From Gemmatimonadaceae bacterium (lineage in GTDB: Bacteria > Gemmatimonadota > Gemmatimonadetes > Gemmatimonadales > Gemmatimonadaceae), in the NCBI GenBank assembly GCA_045803545.1, contig JBJMOW010000002.1, positions 64,001 through 128,000 on the forward strand: a stretch of 64,000 bases of DNA. The letters run 5' to 3'. The position numbers and the translations under genes were made by a program. This document shows, one piece after another, positions 29,990 to 40,342 of the stretch. Under the pieces are notes generated by a model. The model searched no databases. It was not told where the DNA came from and saw nothing but the letters and a program-made list of their open reading frames with translations. The stretch's first letter is position 1, and every line of letters begins with the position of its first letter.

Positions 29990-31785
29990 ATTGTACCAGC
30001 CGCTACATCTGTTGCCAACGCATCTGATTCAACAGCGTCGAGCAACTGTTGTCGGCGTAGCAGCGACCAGTAGCGGCCGCGCACGGCCATCAGGTCGGCG
30101 TGGCGTCCCTGCTCGACGACAGAACCCTTCTCGAGCACGATGATCCACGACGCATCACGAATGGCGCTGATACGGTGCGATGCAATCAGCGCGGTCCGAC
30201 TCGACAGCGCTTCACGCAGCGCGCGCAAAATCTCGGCTTCCGTATGAGTGTCGACCGCGGACAGCGCATCGTCCAGCAGAACGATGCTCGGCTTGCGGGC
30301 CAGGGCTCGCGCCAGCGAAGCGCGCTGTTTCTGACCACCGGACAGATTGATGCCGCGCTCGCCAAGAATCGTCTCGTAGCCTCCGGGGAATCGGGAGATC
30401 GTTTGATCGAGCTGCGCAACATTGGCGGCCCACTCGCCGGTTTTGCTGAGACCGGCAGTGCCATACGACAGGTTTGATCCGATCGTCTCGCTGAAAAGCA
30501 GACTTTCCTGAGGCACGAAGCCGATCTCCTGGCGCAGTTCGGAAGGGTCGATGTTTCGTGTGGGGATTCCGTCGATCAGGATCTCACCCTCCTGCGGATC
30601 GTACATTCGCGGCAGCAGATCGATCAGCGCACTCTTGCCGCTGCCGGTTGCGCCGACGACGCCGAGCGTCGCGCCCGCGGGAACGGTAAAGCTGACATTG
30701 CGCAGTACCCATCTCGGCTGTCCGTCTGCGTCAGACGGATAGTGAAATCCCACGTTGCGAAATTCGATCGTCCGGCCGTCACGCGTCGCTGGCAACTGCT
30801 GCCTTGGCTCCGTCACAAGTATCGTCGGGTGAGCGTCGAAGATCTCGGCGAGCCTGCCCATCGACGCATCGCCGCGCTGGAACAGATTCACTACCCAGCC
30901 AAGTGCGATCATCGGCCACGTCAACATTGTCAGGTACAATCCAAACGCGACGAATGACCCGATCGAGATTGTGCCACGAATTGTGGCGATACCTCCGGCG
31001 CCAAGTACTATTACCCCGCCGAGTCCGCCGAAGAATGCGAAGAGTGGATTGAGCGTCCCCCACAGCCGGACGAGTTGCATGTTGAGCGTCAGATATTGAT
31101 CGTTCAGTGCGCCGAACCGGTCGATCTCGGCGTTTTCCTGGCGATACGCTCTGACGATTCGGGCGCCGGTGAGATTTTCCTGCGCGTGCGTGGTGAGAGC
31201 GGAGAAATGTTCCTGCACTCGCTCGAAGCGGTCATGGATGGTGCCGCCCATCCGGATCGTCAGCACGGGAAGAAAAATGAGCGGCAGCAGCGCAAGCAGC
31301 GTCAGGCGTACGTCGATGCGCAGCATGAAATACAGCGCGAACAGGCCGCCGAAGATCGTATTGGTCAGGTACATCACGGCTGGGCCAATCGCCATGCGCA
31401 CGGCACCCAGATCGTTGGTCAGACGCGCCATGATGTCGCCAGTACGGGTTTGTGCAAAGTAGGCGGCGTCAAGCGTCTCCAGATGTGTGAAGAGATCGTT
31501 GCGGAGGTCGTATTCCATCCACCGGCTGATTCCGTTTATCAGCTCGCGCATTCCATATCGAAATGCGCCGCCGATGAGCGCCGCCAGCACGATGAGGCCG
31601 CTCAATTTCCAGATACTGCTCATCGGTGCGCCTGCTCCGATCGCGTCGATTGCGCGTCGGAGGAGCCACGGGATGACGCTGGATAACGCCGCGGATGCGA
31701 GAACGATCAGCAAACCCGCGGCGAACTGTAGACGGTAGGGCCGATAGTATGGCGCGGCTCTCCGCAGGTTCATCATATTTGGCAT
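29986..31785 (-). CDS. ABC exporter, fused permease/ATPase (MdlA-like); true start may be 31776 or 31773
   Basis: N-terminal TM domain with RTGDIMARLTNDL; GATGSGKS, LSGGQKQR and LLDDALSAVD motifs. Confidence 0.93.
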   Translation of the reverse strand: MPNMMNLRRAAPYYRPYRLQFAAGLLIVLASAALSSVIPWLLRRAIDAIGAGAPMSSIWKLSGLIVLAALIGGAFRYGMRELINGISRWMEYDLRNDLFTHLETLDAAYFAQTRTGDIMARLTNDLGAVRMAIGPAVMYLTNTIFGGLFALYFMLRIDVRLTLLALLPLIFLPVLTIRMGGTIHDRFERVQEHFSALTTHAQENLTGARIVRAYRQENAEIDRFGALNDQYLTLNMQLVRLWGTLNPLFAFFGGLGGVIVLGAGGIATIRGTISIGSFVAFGLYLTMLTWPMIALGWVVNLFQRGDASMGRLAEIFDAHPTILVTEPRQQLPATRDGRTIEFRNVGFHYPSDADGQPRWVLRNVSFTVPAGATLGVVGATGSGKSALIDLLPRMYDPQEGEILIDGIPTRNIDPSELRQEIGFVPQESLLFSETIGSNLSYGTAGLSKTGEWAANVAQLDQTISRFPGGYETILGERGINLSGGQKQRASLARALARKPSIVLLDDALSAVDTHTEAEILRALREALSSRTALIASHRISAIRDASWIIVLEKGSVVEQGRHADLMAVRGRYWSLLRRQQLLDAVESDALATDVAAGTI

Positions 31786-31794
31786 AACGATTGC
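31780..31794 (+). promoter_or_regulatory. Candidate sigma54 (-24/-12) promoter for the lipoprotein gene
   Basis: TGGCAT-AACGA-TTGC matches TGGCAC-N5-TTGC with exact GG-N10-GC spacing, about 60 nt upstream of the ATG at 31856. Confidence 0.6.
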
Positions 31795-31855
31795 CGCTTA
31801 CTTTATTCTTGAGCTTGGTTTAAAACCCAGGCACTCATAACGGAGGAGGAGCTTC

Positions 31856-32740
31856 ATGGTGCAATATATTCCCCGGTTTAACGCGTCGCTGGCTTTGTCG
31901 TTTGCGCTTTTTGCCGCTGCTTGCACAGCAAAGACTGACAACAATGCAGCAGCAGATTCGGCGCTCAATAAAGACATTCAGCTTGCGAATCGTGACACCG
32001 CGGCGCAGCCGGCGTTGACCGACGTGCCGGCGAGCTCGACGGCGCCCGCTCCGACAACGACTGCGACTACGCCACGCACCACGACCAGCAAGACGACTAC
32101 GCGCACCACGACGCGTACGCCGACAACGACGACGCGCCAGCCAACCACTTCCGTGACATCGAGTGGCAATACGGTAACCAAGACCTCGAGTGGCGCAGCT
32201 ACCGGCGCGGGCAGAGTGGGGACGATTCCAGCCGGATCCGAGATCAACCTCGCGTCGGGCTCGACAGTTTGCACCAACAAGAACAAGGTCGGTGACCGGT
32301 TCAACGCCTCAGTAACGAACGCGGTGCAGGGTTCGAACGGTGCAGTGATTCCCGCGGGCGCCACGGCGACCGTCGAAGTCACCGAGCTTAAGCGCAGTGA
32401 GAACGCCAATGACAACGTGGTGATGGGCTTCCGCGTCGTGTCGGTCAGCTTTGGTGGTCACACCTATCCGGTCAGTGCTACGACCAGCTACGCGCAGGTC
32501 GCGAAGGTCAAGAACCAGCCCAAGGGCAAGGATGTGCAAAAGGTCATCGGCGGCGCAGCGATTGGTGCGATCGCCGGACAGATCCTTGGCAGGAGCACAA
32601 AAGCAACCGTCATCGGTGCAGCAGCGGGTGGTGCTGCCGGTGCCGCGACCGCAGCGGCCACGGCTAACTACGAGGGCTGCGTCAATTCAGGCGGTCGAAT
32701 TACCGCAACGCTCAACTCGTCGACTCAGGTTAACATCTGA
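31856..32740 (+). CDS. Lipoprotein with Thr-rich linker, beta-rich domain and glycine zipper
   Basis: Lipobox FAAAC; strong GGAGGAGG RBS; GGAAIGAIAGQILG...GAAAGGAAG glycine zipper. Confidence 0.8.
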   Translation: MVQYIPRFNASLALSFALFAAACTAKTDNNAAADSALNKDIQLANRDTAAQPALTDVPASSTAPAPTTTATTPRTTTSKTTTRTTTRTPTTTTRQPTTSVTSSGNTVTKTSSGAATGAGRVGTIPAGSEINLASGSTVCTNKNKVGDRFNASVTNAVQGSNGAVIPAGATATVEVTELKRSENANDNVVMGFRVVSVSFGGHTYPVSATTSYAQVAKVKNQPKGKDVQKVIGGAAIGAIAGQILGRSTKATVIGAAAGGAAGAATAAATANYEGCVNSGGRITATLNSSTQVNI

Positions 32741-32754
32741 GAGAGCCGCGGTAG

Positions 32755-32792
32755 AAAATCCGGCGTGGGAGACCACGCCGGATTTTTTTTTT
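32755..32792 (+). terminator. Intrinsic terminator
   Basis: aaaatccggcgtgg-gaga-ccacgccggatttt followed by a long T run. Confidence 0.9.
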
Positions 32793-32936
32793 GCTCTCGA
32801 TTCTGGCATCTCGACCGTTCGACCGAGTTCGTCAACTAAAGGTCTCAGTCGGCAGAGATTGCACGGGTCGGAGTCCGCAGTTGTCACATGGTTAACGATG
32901 CTCATCGAAGCGGCAGAACCCCGGAATAGCGAGGGT

Positions 32937-34706
32937 CTAGAACCCGACCGCCGCCCCGCGCCCCCTCGGATCCGGCATTCCCTCGTACCCTCCCCTCACG
33001 CGCATGATCGCCTCGGCGGATGCGACCCCGAATAACTCGTACGTCGAGTGCCCCATTTGGTGGAGACGCGCGATCGTCGTCGAATCGAACCCGCCGCTCT
33101 CCAGTCGGATCGAATCAGGCAGCGATTGGTGGTGGATGCGTGGCGCGCTCATCGCGTCGGCGATCGACATACGGTGGTCGATCACGTTTAGAATTACTTG
33201 AGCGGTCGCGGAAATGATGCGCGGCCCCCCGCGAGCGCCGACGATGAGCAGGACCCCGCCGCTCGGATCGAGGACAATCGTCGGCGACATCGCACTCAGC
33301 ATACGCTTGCCGGGTGCGATCGCATTCGCCTCGCCCTGAATGAGCCCATACATGTTCGCCACGCCCGGCTTGCTCGTGAAGTCATCCATCTCGTCATTCA
33401 GGAAGAATCCTGCGGCGGGTATGTACACGCCCGATCCATACAAGTCGTTCAGAGTCGTCGTCGTTGCCACCGCATTACCATGCGCGTCGACTACCGAATA
33501 GTGAGTAGTCTCCGACCCTTCGCTCAACGCAGCGAGTCCGGTTGTCGGATCAGCGTGGGTTCGCGAGATCGTGCGTGCGACGGCACGCGCGTAGGTCTTA
33601 CTGGTCAGCGTCGAAAGCGGAACCTGAACGTATGCAGGATCGCCGAGCTTCGAGTTGCGATCGACAAAAGCGCGTTGCGAGGCGGACGCGACTGCGTGCA
33701 CACGGTCGGCTGATCCGAACTTCTCCGCTGGACCGTACGCCTCCAGGATTTGCAGCATCTCGGTAACCGTCGTGCCGCCGGACGACGATGGTGGCATCGC
33801 AATGAGACCATAGCCGCGATAGCTGCTGCGGATCGGAGTACGCCAGATCCCGCGGTATTGAGCGAGATCCTCTTTCGTGATCAGTCCGCCGGCCCGCTTC
33901 ATGTGCGCAGCGATCGAATCAGCAATGCTGCCCCGATAAAAAGCGACGGATCCTGAATCAGCGATCAGGCGAAGCGTGTGCGCGAGAGCAGGCTGACTGA
34001 ACCGAGAGCCAATCACCGGCGGTGTGCCGTCGGGAAAGAAGACTGCCTTTCCGTCAAAGCCCTCGATTCGATAACGGTTGCTGGTTAGTGAGCGAACGAA
34101 AGTCGAATCGACAGTGAACCCGTCTGCTGCCAGTCTGATCGCAGGCTCCATCACTTTCGCCAGCGGCAGCGCGCCAAACCTTCGGTGCGCCTCCACCATT
34201 CCCGCGACCGACCCAGGCACCCCGGATGCCTTGGGGCCGATCACGCTTTCGCCAGTCACCTTCCCATCGGCTCCGACATACATCGTTCGTGTCGCGCCGC
34301 GCGGCGCGGTTTCCCGGTAATCGAGAGTCGCGACGCGTCCGTCGGCCATTCTGATCACCATGTAACCACCGCCGCCGATGTTGCCCGCTTCCGGATACGC
34401 GACGGCGAGCGCGAATCCGGTTGCGACCGCTGCGTCGACGGCATTGCCGCCTTGCTTCATGACTTGCACGCCCACTTCGGAGGCAATTCGGCTGTCGCTC
34501 GCAACCATTGCGTGTGCTGCAAACGTCGCGTGCGCGGCCGCACGATACCGCCACGTCGCCGGAAATACCGCTGGAATCCGCGACGGAACATCGGGATTGC
34601 CGACGATGATCTCGCGGAAGGGAAGAGCGGCCGCCACAAAAAGCGACAGGCCGACGATCGTGCCCATCGCCCACGCGGTTCGGGATCCCGCGCTACGTGA
34701 AGTCAT
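32937..34706 (-). CDS. ggt: Gamma-glutamyltransferase
   Basis: GGNAVDAAVA, LDYRETAP, ETTHYSVVD..GNAVATTTTLN, NDEMDDF and PGKRMLSAMSP motifs. Confidence 0.96.
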   Translation of the reverse strand: MTSRSAGSRTAWAMGTIVGLSLFVAAALPFREIIVGNPDVPSRIPAVFPATWRYRAAAHATFAAHAMVASDSRIASEVGVQVMKQGGNAVDAAVATGFALAVAYPEAGNIGGGGYMVIRMADGRVATLDYRETAPRGATRTMYVGADGKVTGESVIGPKASGVPGSVAGMVEAHRRFGALPLAKVMEPAIRLAADGFTVDSTFVRSLTSNRYRIEGFDGKAVFFPDGTPPVIGSRFSQPALAHTLRLIADSGSVAFYRGSIADSIAAHMKRAGGLITKEDLAQYRGIWRTPIRSSYRGYGLIAMPPSSSGGTTVTEMLQILEAYGPAEKFGSADRVHAVASASQRAFVDRNSKLGDPAYVQVPLSTLTSKTYARAVARTISRTHADPTTGLAALSEGSETTHYSVVDAHGNAVATTTTLNDLYGSGVYIPAAGFFLNDEMDDFTSKPGVANMYGLIQGEANAIAPGKRMLSAMSPTIVLDPSGGVLLIVGARGGPRIISATAQVILNVIDHRMSIADAMSAPRIHHQSLPDSIRLESGGFDSTTIARLHQMGHSTYELFGVASAEAIMRVRGGYEGMPDPRGRGAAVGF

Positions 34707-34741
34707 GATACGAAACTATTCACGTCGCGCAGCGGGTGCAG

Positions 34742-35431
34742 CTACCGCCTGACAGTCCTCGCGCCGAATCCCATGCGCAGCATTACCCTCAACGCCGGCA
34801 TCGCGTTGGTGTTGCTGACGCTGTTCGCCTGATTCTGTCGCTCGTGGATGGCAATGGCGTAGTCCGACGTAAAGTCGACGCTCGTGCGGTCGCTGAAGCC
34901 CCAGCCGAAGCCGTAGCTGAACGCAAGCAGCGGATCGATGTTGCCGCTTCCCGCGAGCTTGGCGCCATCGGAATCTCTTTTCAAATTCTGATAGAACACC
35001 GCGCCGCCGTTCAGCTCCAGCACCTGGTGGAACCCGATACCCGAGCCGGCGTGGAACGTCGCCACCAGCGTCGACATGTTGAGATGCGCATTGCACGACG
35101 TGCAGCGCGTTCCCGGAACGCCAGTCTGCAGCGGTATCGCCAGATCGCTCGAGTACACGAACGGTACTTTCGCATAACTCCCGGCGATGCCGAACGACGC
35201 GCCGCTGTTCCATCCCTTCTCGATGGACGCCCGATACTGGAAGTTGGTCGAGTTCCCGAAATCCCAGGTGCTCCCAGTCGCGCCGTCATTGACGCCGTTC
35301 GCGCGGAAACCCGCGATCGAAAAAGTGGCCCAGGTGTCGGGGTCACTGGTGAAGCCACGCTGCCGCCGCTGCGCGCTCGCCGCGTTAGCAATCGACACCA
35401 GCATCAACAATGCAAACGAAATTCGTCTCAT
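34742..35431 (-). CDS. Secreted hypothetical protein, probable outer-membrane beta-barrel
   Basis: Signal peptide MRRISFALLMLVSIANAASA; alternating amphipathic strands; ends LRVMLRMGF plus a short tail. Confidence 0.6.
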   Translation of the reverse strand: MRRISFALLMLVSIANAASAQRRQRGFTSDPDTWATFSIAGFRANGVNDGATGSTWDFGNSTNFQYRASIEKGWNSGASFGIAGSYAKVPFVYSSDLAIPLQTGVPGTRCTSCNAHLNMSTLVATFHAGSGIGFHQVLELNGGAVFYQNLKRDSDGAKLAGSGNIDPLLAFSYGFGWGFSDRTSVDFTSDYAIAIHERQNQANSVSNTNAMPALRVMLRMGFGARTVRR

Positions 35432-35486
35432 TAATCCTGCCTTTGATTGTCTTGCCTCGCGCGCAATACGTCTCGTACCTTTCGTC

Positions 35487-36404
35487 GTGCTAGACCCGCG
35501 CGAAACTGAGCGTCGCAACCCGCGTACCGCCTCGATCGATCTCGCATCCCCGCTCGAGATCGTAGACTTGATAAACGCTGAGGATCGCAGAGTTCCCGAA
35601 GTCGTTGCCACGCAACGGGATCAGATCGCTCGCGCCATCGATATCGCGGAGGCAACGTTTCGGCGTGGCGGGCGTGTTTTTTACGTCGGCGCGGGAACCT
35701 CGGGGAGGCTCGGCGTGCTCGACGCCAGCGAGATTCCGCCAACCTTTGGCGCAAATCCTGAAATGGTGCAGGGAATCATCGCCGGTGGGCTGCCAGCGTT
35801 AACTCGCGCGCAGGAGGGGGCCGAGGATGTCGTCGAGAATGGCGCACGGGAAATGGACAAGCACGGCATCGGCGAAAAGGATTTCGTGATCGGAATCGCC
35901 GCCTCGGGAACTACGCCCTACGTGCGCGCCGCGCTCATGCGAGCTGTAGAACTTCGCGCGAGCACCGGTATCGTTGCCTGCTCCGCGCCTCCTTCCGAAT
36001 TGGTCAAAGCAGTCGATGTGGCGATACTGCCAATCGTCGGGCCGGAAGTCGTCACCGGCTCGACGCGCATGAAAGCCGGCACCGCCACCAAGCTGGTGCT
36101 CAATACCATCACCACCGGTGCGATGATCAGACTCGGCAAAACCTACGGGAATCTGATGGTCGATCTGCGCGCGACGAACAACAAGCTGGTCGACCGCAGT
36201 CAGCGGATCGTGATGGAAGTGTGCGGCGTAACGCGCGAGGAGGCGACGACCCTGCTCGATCGCGCCGGCAAAAGCGTCAAGCTCGCCATTGTGATGCAGA
36301 AGAAGAATGCGTCGCGCGAGGAGGCCGAAAAGCTGCTTGCGGAAAACGGTGGCGTCATTCGCCGCGTGACCAACGAGCCTCCCCCGCCGATAAGAGAGCG
36401 CTGA
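35487..36404 (+). CDS. murQ: N-acetylmuramic acid 6-phosphate etherase
   Basis: TERRNP, GAGTSGRLGVLDASE, GPEVVTGSTRMKAGTA and GNLMVD motifs; GTG at 35487. Confidence 0.96.
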   Translation: MLDPRETERRNPRTASIDLASPLEIVDLINAEDRRVPEVVATQRDQIARAIDIAEATFRRGGRVFYVGAGTSGRLGVLDASEIPPTFGANPEMVQGIIAGGLPALTRAQEGAEDVVENGAREMDKHGIGEKDFVIGIAASGTTPYVRAALMRAVELRASTGIVACSAPPSELVKAVDVAILPIVGPEVVTGSTRMKAGTATKLVLNTITTGAMIRLGKTYGNLMVDLRATNNKLVDRSQRIVMEVCGVTREEATTLLDRAGKSVKLAIVMQKKNASREEAEKLLAENGGVIRRVTNEPPPPIRER

Positions 36405-36405
36405 A

Positions 36406-37533
36406 ATGGCTTCGGGCGTTGTCGTCGGCTTGATGTCGGGAACTTCGCTCGATGGGATCAGCGCCGCGGTCGCCCGTTTTCGCGACGTCGACGAGAAACG
36501 TGTCGACGTCGATTTGCTCGGTTACGTCTCACACTCCTACACTCCGGCGCAGCGCACTCGTCTGGGAAACGCACTGGGTGGAGGCACCCCGGCCGAATAC
36601 TGCAGATTGAATTTTGATCTCGGTCAGTGGCTGGCGGATGCTGCGATCGAGGCCATGGCCGAGGCCGGAATCGCGCGCGAAGACATCATGGCTATCGCAT
36701 CGCACGGCCAGACGATTTGGCACGAGCCCGGACACTCGACCTGGCAGACTGGTGAGCCGGCAGTCATCGCCGAGCGCACTGGAATCGATGTGATCAGCGA
36801 TTTTCGCGTGCGCGACGTTGCTGCGAGGGGGCAGGGTGCACCGCTGGTGCCAATGGCCGACGCGATGCTCTTCTCGTCGCCCACCGATTGGCGCGGGCTG
36901 CAAAACGTTGGCGGGATTGGCAACATCACCATCGTGCCACCCGGAGGTGATGTGACCGGAGTGCGCGCCTTCGATACCGGCCCGGGAGTGGCGGTCATCG
37001 ACGGCGTCGTCCGCGCGCTCTGGCCGCAACTTTCCTACGACGCCGATGGCAAACTTGCCCGAGCTGGCAAGCCTGTCACCGCCGTCGTCGACGAGCTGAT
37101 GAAGCATCCCTACTTCAGCATGGACCCGCCCAAGTCGACCGGCCGTGAGCTGTTCAACTCGGATTATGTGCAGAAGCTGATCTCCTCCGCCCGCGGGACT
37201 GGCGCGAGCGACGAAGACGTGGTCGCTACTGCAGTCCAACTCACAGCGGTAAGTGTTGCAGACGCGTATCGACGGTTCATTCCCGAGCCGATGCGTGAAG
37301 TGCTGGTATCGGGTGGCGGCGGAAAAAACCCCGCGCTCTTCGAGGCGATTCGAAACGCCGCGGCTCCGATCGTCGTGCGGCATTTCGACGAAGTCTATTT
37401 CGACGGTGAGGCAAAAGAGGCGGTGGCCTTTGCATTGCTGGGTTACCTGCACGTGATGAAGAGGCCTGGCAACGTTCCTTCTGCAACCGGTGCGCGCGGA
37501 TCCCGGATTCTCGGCAAGAGGACGCCCGCATGA
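36406..37533 (+). CDS. anmK: Anhydro-N-acetylmuramic acid kinase
   Basis: GLMSGTSLDG, SHGQTIWH, DFR..D.A..GQGAPL, FDTGPG, PPKSTGRE and KEAVAFA motifs. Confidence 0.96.
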   Translation: MASGVVVGLMSGTSLDGISAAVARFRDVDEKRVDVDLLGYVSHSYTPAQRTRLGNALGGGTPAEYCRLNFDLGQWLADAAIEAMAEAGIAREDIMAIASHGQTIWHEPGHSTWQTGEPAVIAERTGIDVISDFRVRDVAARGQGAPLVPMADAMLFSSPTDWRGLQNVGGIGNITIVPPGGDVTGVRAFDTGPGVAVIDGVVRALWPQLSYDADGKLARAGKPVTAVVDELMKHPYFSMDPPKSTGRELFNSDYVQKLISSARGTGASDEDVVATAVQLTAVSVADAYRRFIPEPMREVLVSGGGGKNPALFEAIRNAAAPIVVRHFDEVYFDGEAKEAVAFALLGYLHVMKRPGNVPSATGARGSRILGKRTPA

Positions 37534-39044
37534 GCGAGATCGCCGAGCTCTTTTACCCCGCGATTCGTTGGGATAGCACGCACGGCTACGAAGAGCAGCG
37601 CGATGCGATTACCGAAGCGCTCAACCTCGGCGTCGGAGGTTTCATTCTGTTCGGTGGACCCTCCGAGCACGTTGCCACCCTCACCGAAGACTTGAATACT
37701 CGATCACGAGTGCCGCTGTTGATCGGCGCGGATCTCGAGCGGGGTGCGGGACAGCAATTCGCGGGCGACACGCCGTTGCCGCCGCTCGCCGCCATCGCGG
37801 CGCTCGAGGATGTCCAGGCTATCAGGCGCGCTGCAGCGGTGACCGCACGCGAAGCACGTGAGCTCGGCGTCAACTGGATCTACGCGCCGGATTGCGACCT
37901 CGATGTCGAACCGGACAATCCGATCATTGGTACGCGCTCGTTCGGCAGCGACCCTGATCGCGTCGGCGAATTCGCGGCGGCGTGGATCGATGCATGTCAG
38001 GCGGAAGGTGTGCTTGCGTCAGCGAAGCACTTTCCGGGACACGGACGTACGACCGTCGATTCGCACAAGGAACTGCCGCGAGTCGACGCCTCCGCCGAGA
38101 CTCTGCGCAATACGGATCTGGTTCCTTTCCGACGCGCGATCGAGCGCGGCGTAGCTTCGGTGATGTCGGCACACGTGTCGTTTCCCGCGTTCGATCCGAG
38201 CGGTGCGCCGGCAACGCTGTCAAAGCCCATTCTCACCGGGTTGCTGCGCGAGGAGCTCGAGTTCACGGGACTGGTCGTCACCGATGCGTTGATTATGGAA
38301 GGCGTGCTGGGAGGCGGCGAAGCGGAAGCCGTCGTCCGCGCAGTCGACGCCGGCTGCGACTGCCTTCTCTACCCGTCGAACATGCCGGAAGCGGAGAAGG
38401 CAATTCAGAAAGCGATTGACGAGAAGCGACTCGACGCTGCGCGCGTGCATCAATCGATCGAGCGCCGGCGACGCTGGGCTCGCTGGGCTGCGCTATCGAA
38501 AGAAGCGCATCGGCCCTCGCGTGACGAAACCGGCTGGGCAGCGCAGCTCGCCGAGCAAGTTGTGCACATGATTCAAGGCCGAATGCCGCGTCTCCCGCGC
38601 CGTTGGAACCTCGTGATCGTCGACGACGATGTCGGCGGACCATACCCACCGCCGCCGAGAGATCCGCTGATCGCGACGCTGCAGGCGGGCGGAGTCGACC
38701 TAGTCGTTGGTGATGACGCACCTTCAGGAGCGGTGGGCGCCACCGTCATCGCGCTATTCGGAGACATTCGCGCCTGGAAGGGCCGGCCGGGCTATTCGCA
38801 GACGGCAAGGGATAGCGTTCGACGCGCGCTCGACAGCGCTGGCAGTCGCGATCGACTGATCATTCAGTTCAGTCATCCTAGACTTGCTGCTGCGCTGCAG
38901 ACCGACGCGCCAATTCTTTGTGCGTGGGGCGGGGAAGGGGTGATGCAAAAGGCCGCGGCGCGAGTGCTGGTACGGGAGCTGGCCGCGGAAAGCGCGGAAC
39001 GCGTTACCCAATTGCCGCAAAACCGAGCGGAGGAATCGCGATGA
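37530..39044 (+). CDS. nagZ: Glycoside hydrolase family 3 beta-N-acetylglucosaminidase
   Basis: KHFPGHG.T.VDSH motif, VMSAH and VTDAL.M; lies in the murQ-anmK-ampG operon. Confidence 0.88.
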   Translation: MSEIAELFYPAIRWDSTHGYEEQRDAITEALNLGVGGFILFGGPSEHVATLTEDLNTRSRVPLLIGADLERGAGQQFAGDTPLPPLAAIAALEDVQAIRRAAAVTAREARELGVNWIYAPDCDLDVEPDNPIIGTRSFGSDPDRVGEFAAAWIDACQAEGVLASAKHFPGHGRTTVDSHKELPRVDASAETLRNTDLVPFRRAIERGVASVMSAHVSFPAFDPSGAPATLSKPILTGLLREELEFTGLVVTDALIMEGVLGGGEAEAVVRAVDAGCDCLLYPSNMPEAEKAIQKAIDEKRLDAARVHQSIERRRRWARWAALSKEAHRPSRDETGWAAQLAEQVVHMIQGRMPRLPRRWNLVIVDDDVGGPYPPPPRDPLIATLQAGGVDLVVGDDAPSGAVGATVIALFGDIRAWKGRPGYSQTARDSVRRALDSAGSRDRLIIQFSHPRLAAALQTDAPILCAWGGEGVMQKAAARVLVRELAAESAERVTQLPQNRAEESR

Positions 39045-40342
39045 CGAACGGTACGACTGCGAAAACATCTCCGCTGCGCATATTCGGCCAGCCGAAGATG
39101 GCCACGCTGGTGGTGCTCGGCTTCTCGTCTGGACTTCCGTTTTATCTGACGAGCAAGACCCTGCAAGCGTGGATGACCAACGCGAAAGTGGATTTGGCGA
39201 CGATCGGTTTCTTCAGCCTCGTCACTCTTCCATACTCACTCAAATTCGTCTGGGCGCCGCTGATGGATCGGTACACGCCGCCGTTCCTCGGCAGGAGACG
39301 CGGATGGGTCCTGATAACTCAGATCGCGCTGTTGTTGGTGATCGCGGCGATGTCGCTGCACGATCCGCGCACCGGCCTCAAGATGCTGGCGATCAACGCC
39401 ATTGCGATCGCGTTTTTCAGTGCATCACAGGACATCTCGCTCGACGCGTATCGGACCGACGTGCTCGAGAATCGGGAAATGGGGGCGGGCGCCGCCGTGT
39501 TCGTACTCGGCTATCGCATCGCGATGATCACCACCGGAGCGCTGGCGTTTTTCCTTGCCGATCGAATTGCGTGGCCGATGGTTTACCTGATACTCGCCTC
39601 GCTCATCGTGATCGGAATCGTCGCGACGTTTTTCGCTGCGGAGCCGGTCCTCAACGACGCGCCGCCACGCACGCTGTTCGAGGCAGTCGTTCTCCCGTTC
39701 ACCGACTTCTTCCAACGCGCCGGAGTCCTACGCGCTCTGCTGGTGCTCCTCTTCATCGTCGCCTACAAGTACTCCGACAGCCTGGCGGGTAGCATGACCA
39801 CGCCGTTTCTGCTACAGGCTGGTTACTCGCAGAGTGAAGTCGGCGCCGTGTTCCTCGGAGTGGGTGTCATCGCGACGATTGTCGGCGTCCTCGTCGCGGG
39901 CGCTACGATCGGCAAGCTTGGTATCAACCGCTCGCTGTGGCTGTTCGTGATTTTTCAGGGCTTGAGCAACCTGACCTACTACTTCCTGTCGCTCTCGGAG
40001 AAGAATCACACGCTAATGGTCTCGGCTGTGATTACCGAAAACTTTGGGCTCGGTTTGGTGACCGGCGCGATGACCGCGTACTTGATGAGCATGTGCAACA
40101 AGCGGTTTACCGCGACGCAATTCGCGTTGCTGTCGAGTCTGATGGCCGCGAGCCGCGACATCCTGGTTGCGCCCGCTGGTAAGATCGTGGAATCAACGGG
40201 CTGGCCGGGCTTCTTCCTGATCACAGTGGCGATGGCGCTGCCGGCGTTGGTGCTGCTCCCGTTTATCGCTCCGTGGTCCCGCGAAGTCCCGATTGGCGCG
40301 GCGCCGCACACCGGTGAAACCGTACCGGCGCGCGTCGCTTAG
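39041..40342 (+). CDS. ampG: Muropeptide MFS transporter
   Basis: LGFSSGLP, KFVWAPLMD, GRRRGW, SASQDI.LDAYR and TATQFALLSS motifs; ATG at 39041. Confidence 0.93.
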   Translation: MTNGTTAKTSPLRIFGQPKMATLVVLGFSSGLPFYLTSKTLQAWMTNAKVDLATIGFFSLVTLPYSLKFVWAPLMDRYTPPFLGRRRGWVLITQIALLLVIAAMSLHDPRTGLKMLAINAIAIAFFSASQDISLDAYRTDVLENREMGAGAAVFVLGYRIAMITTGALAFFLADRIAWPMVYLILASLIVIGIVATFFAAEPVLNDAPPRTLFEAVVLPFTDFFQRAGVLRALLVLLFIVAYKYSDSLAGSMTTPFLLQAGYSQSEVGAVFLGVGVIATIVGVLVAGATIGKLGINRSLWLFVIFQGLSNLTYYFLSLSEKNHTLMVSAVITENFGLGLVTGAMTAYLMSMCNKRFTATQFALLSSLMAASRDILVAPAGKIVESTGWPGFFLITVAMALPALVLLPFIAPWSREVPIGAAPHTGETVPARVA

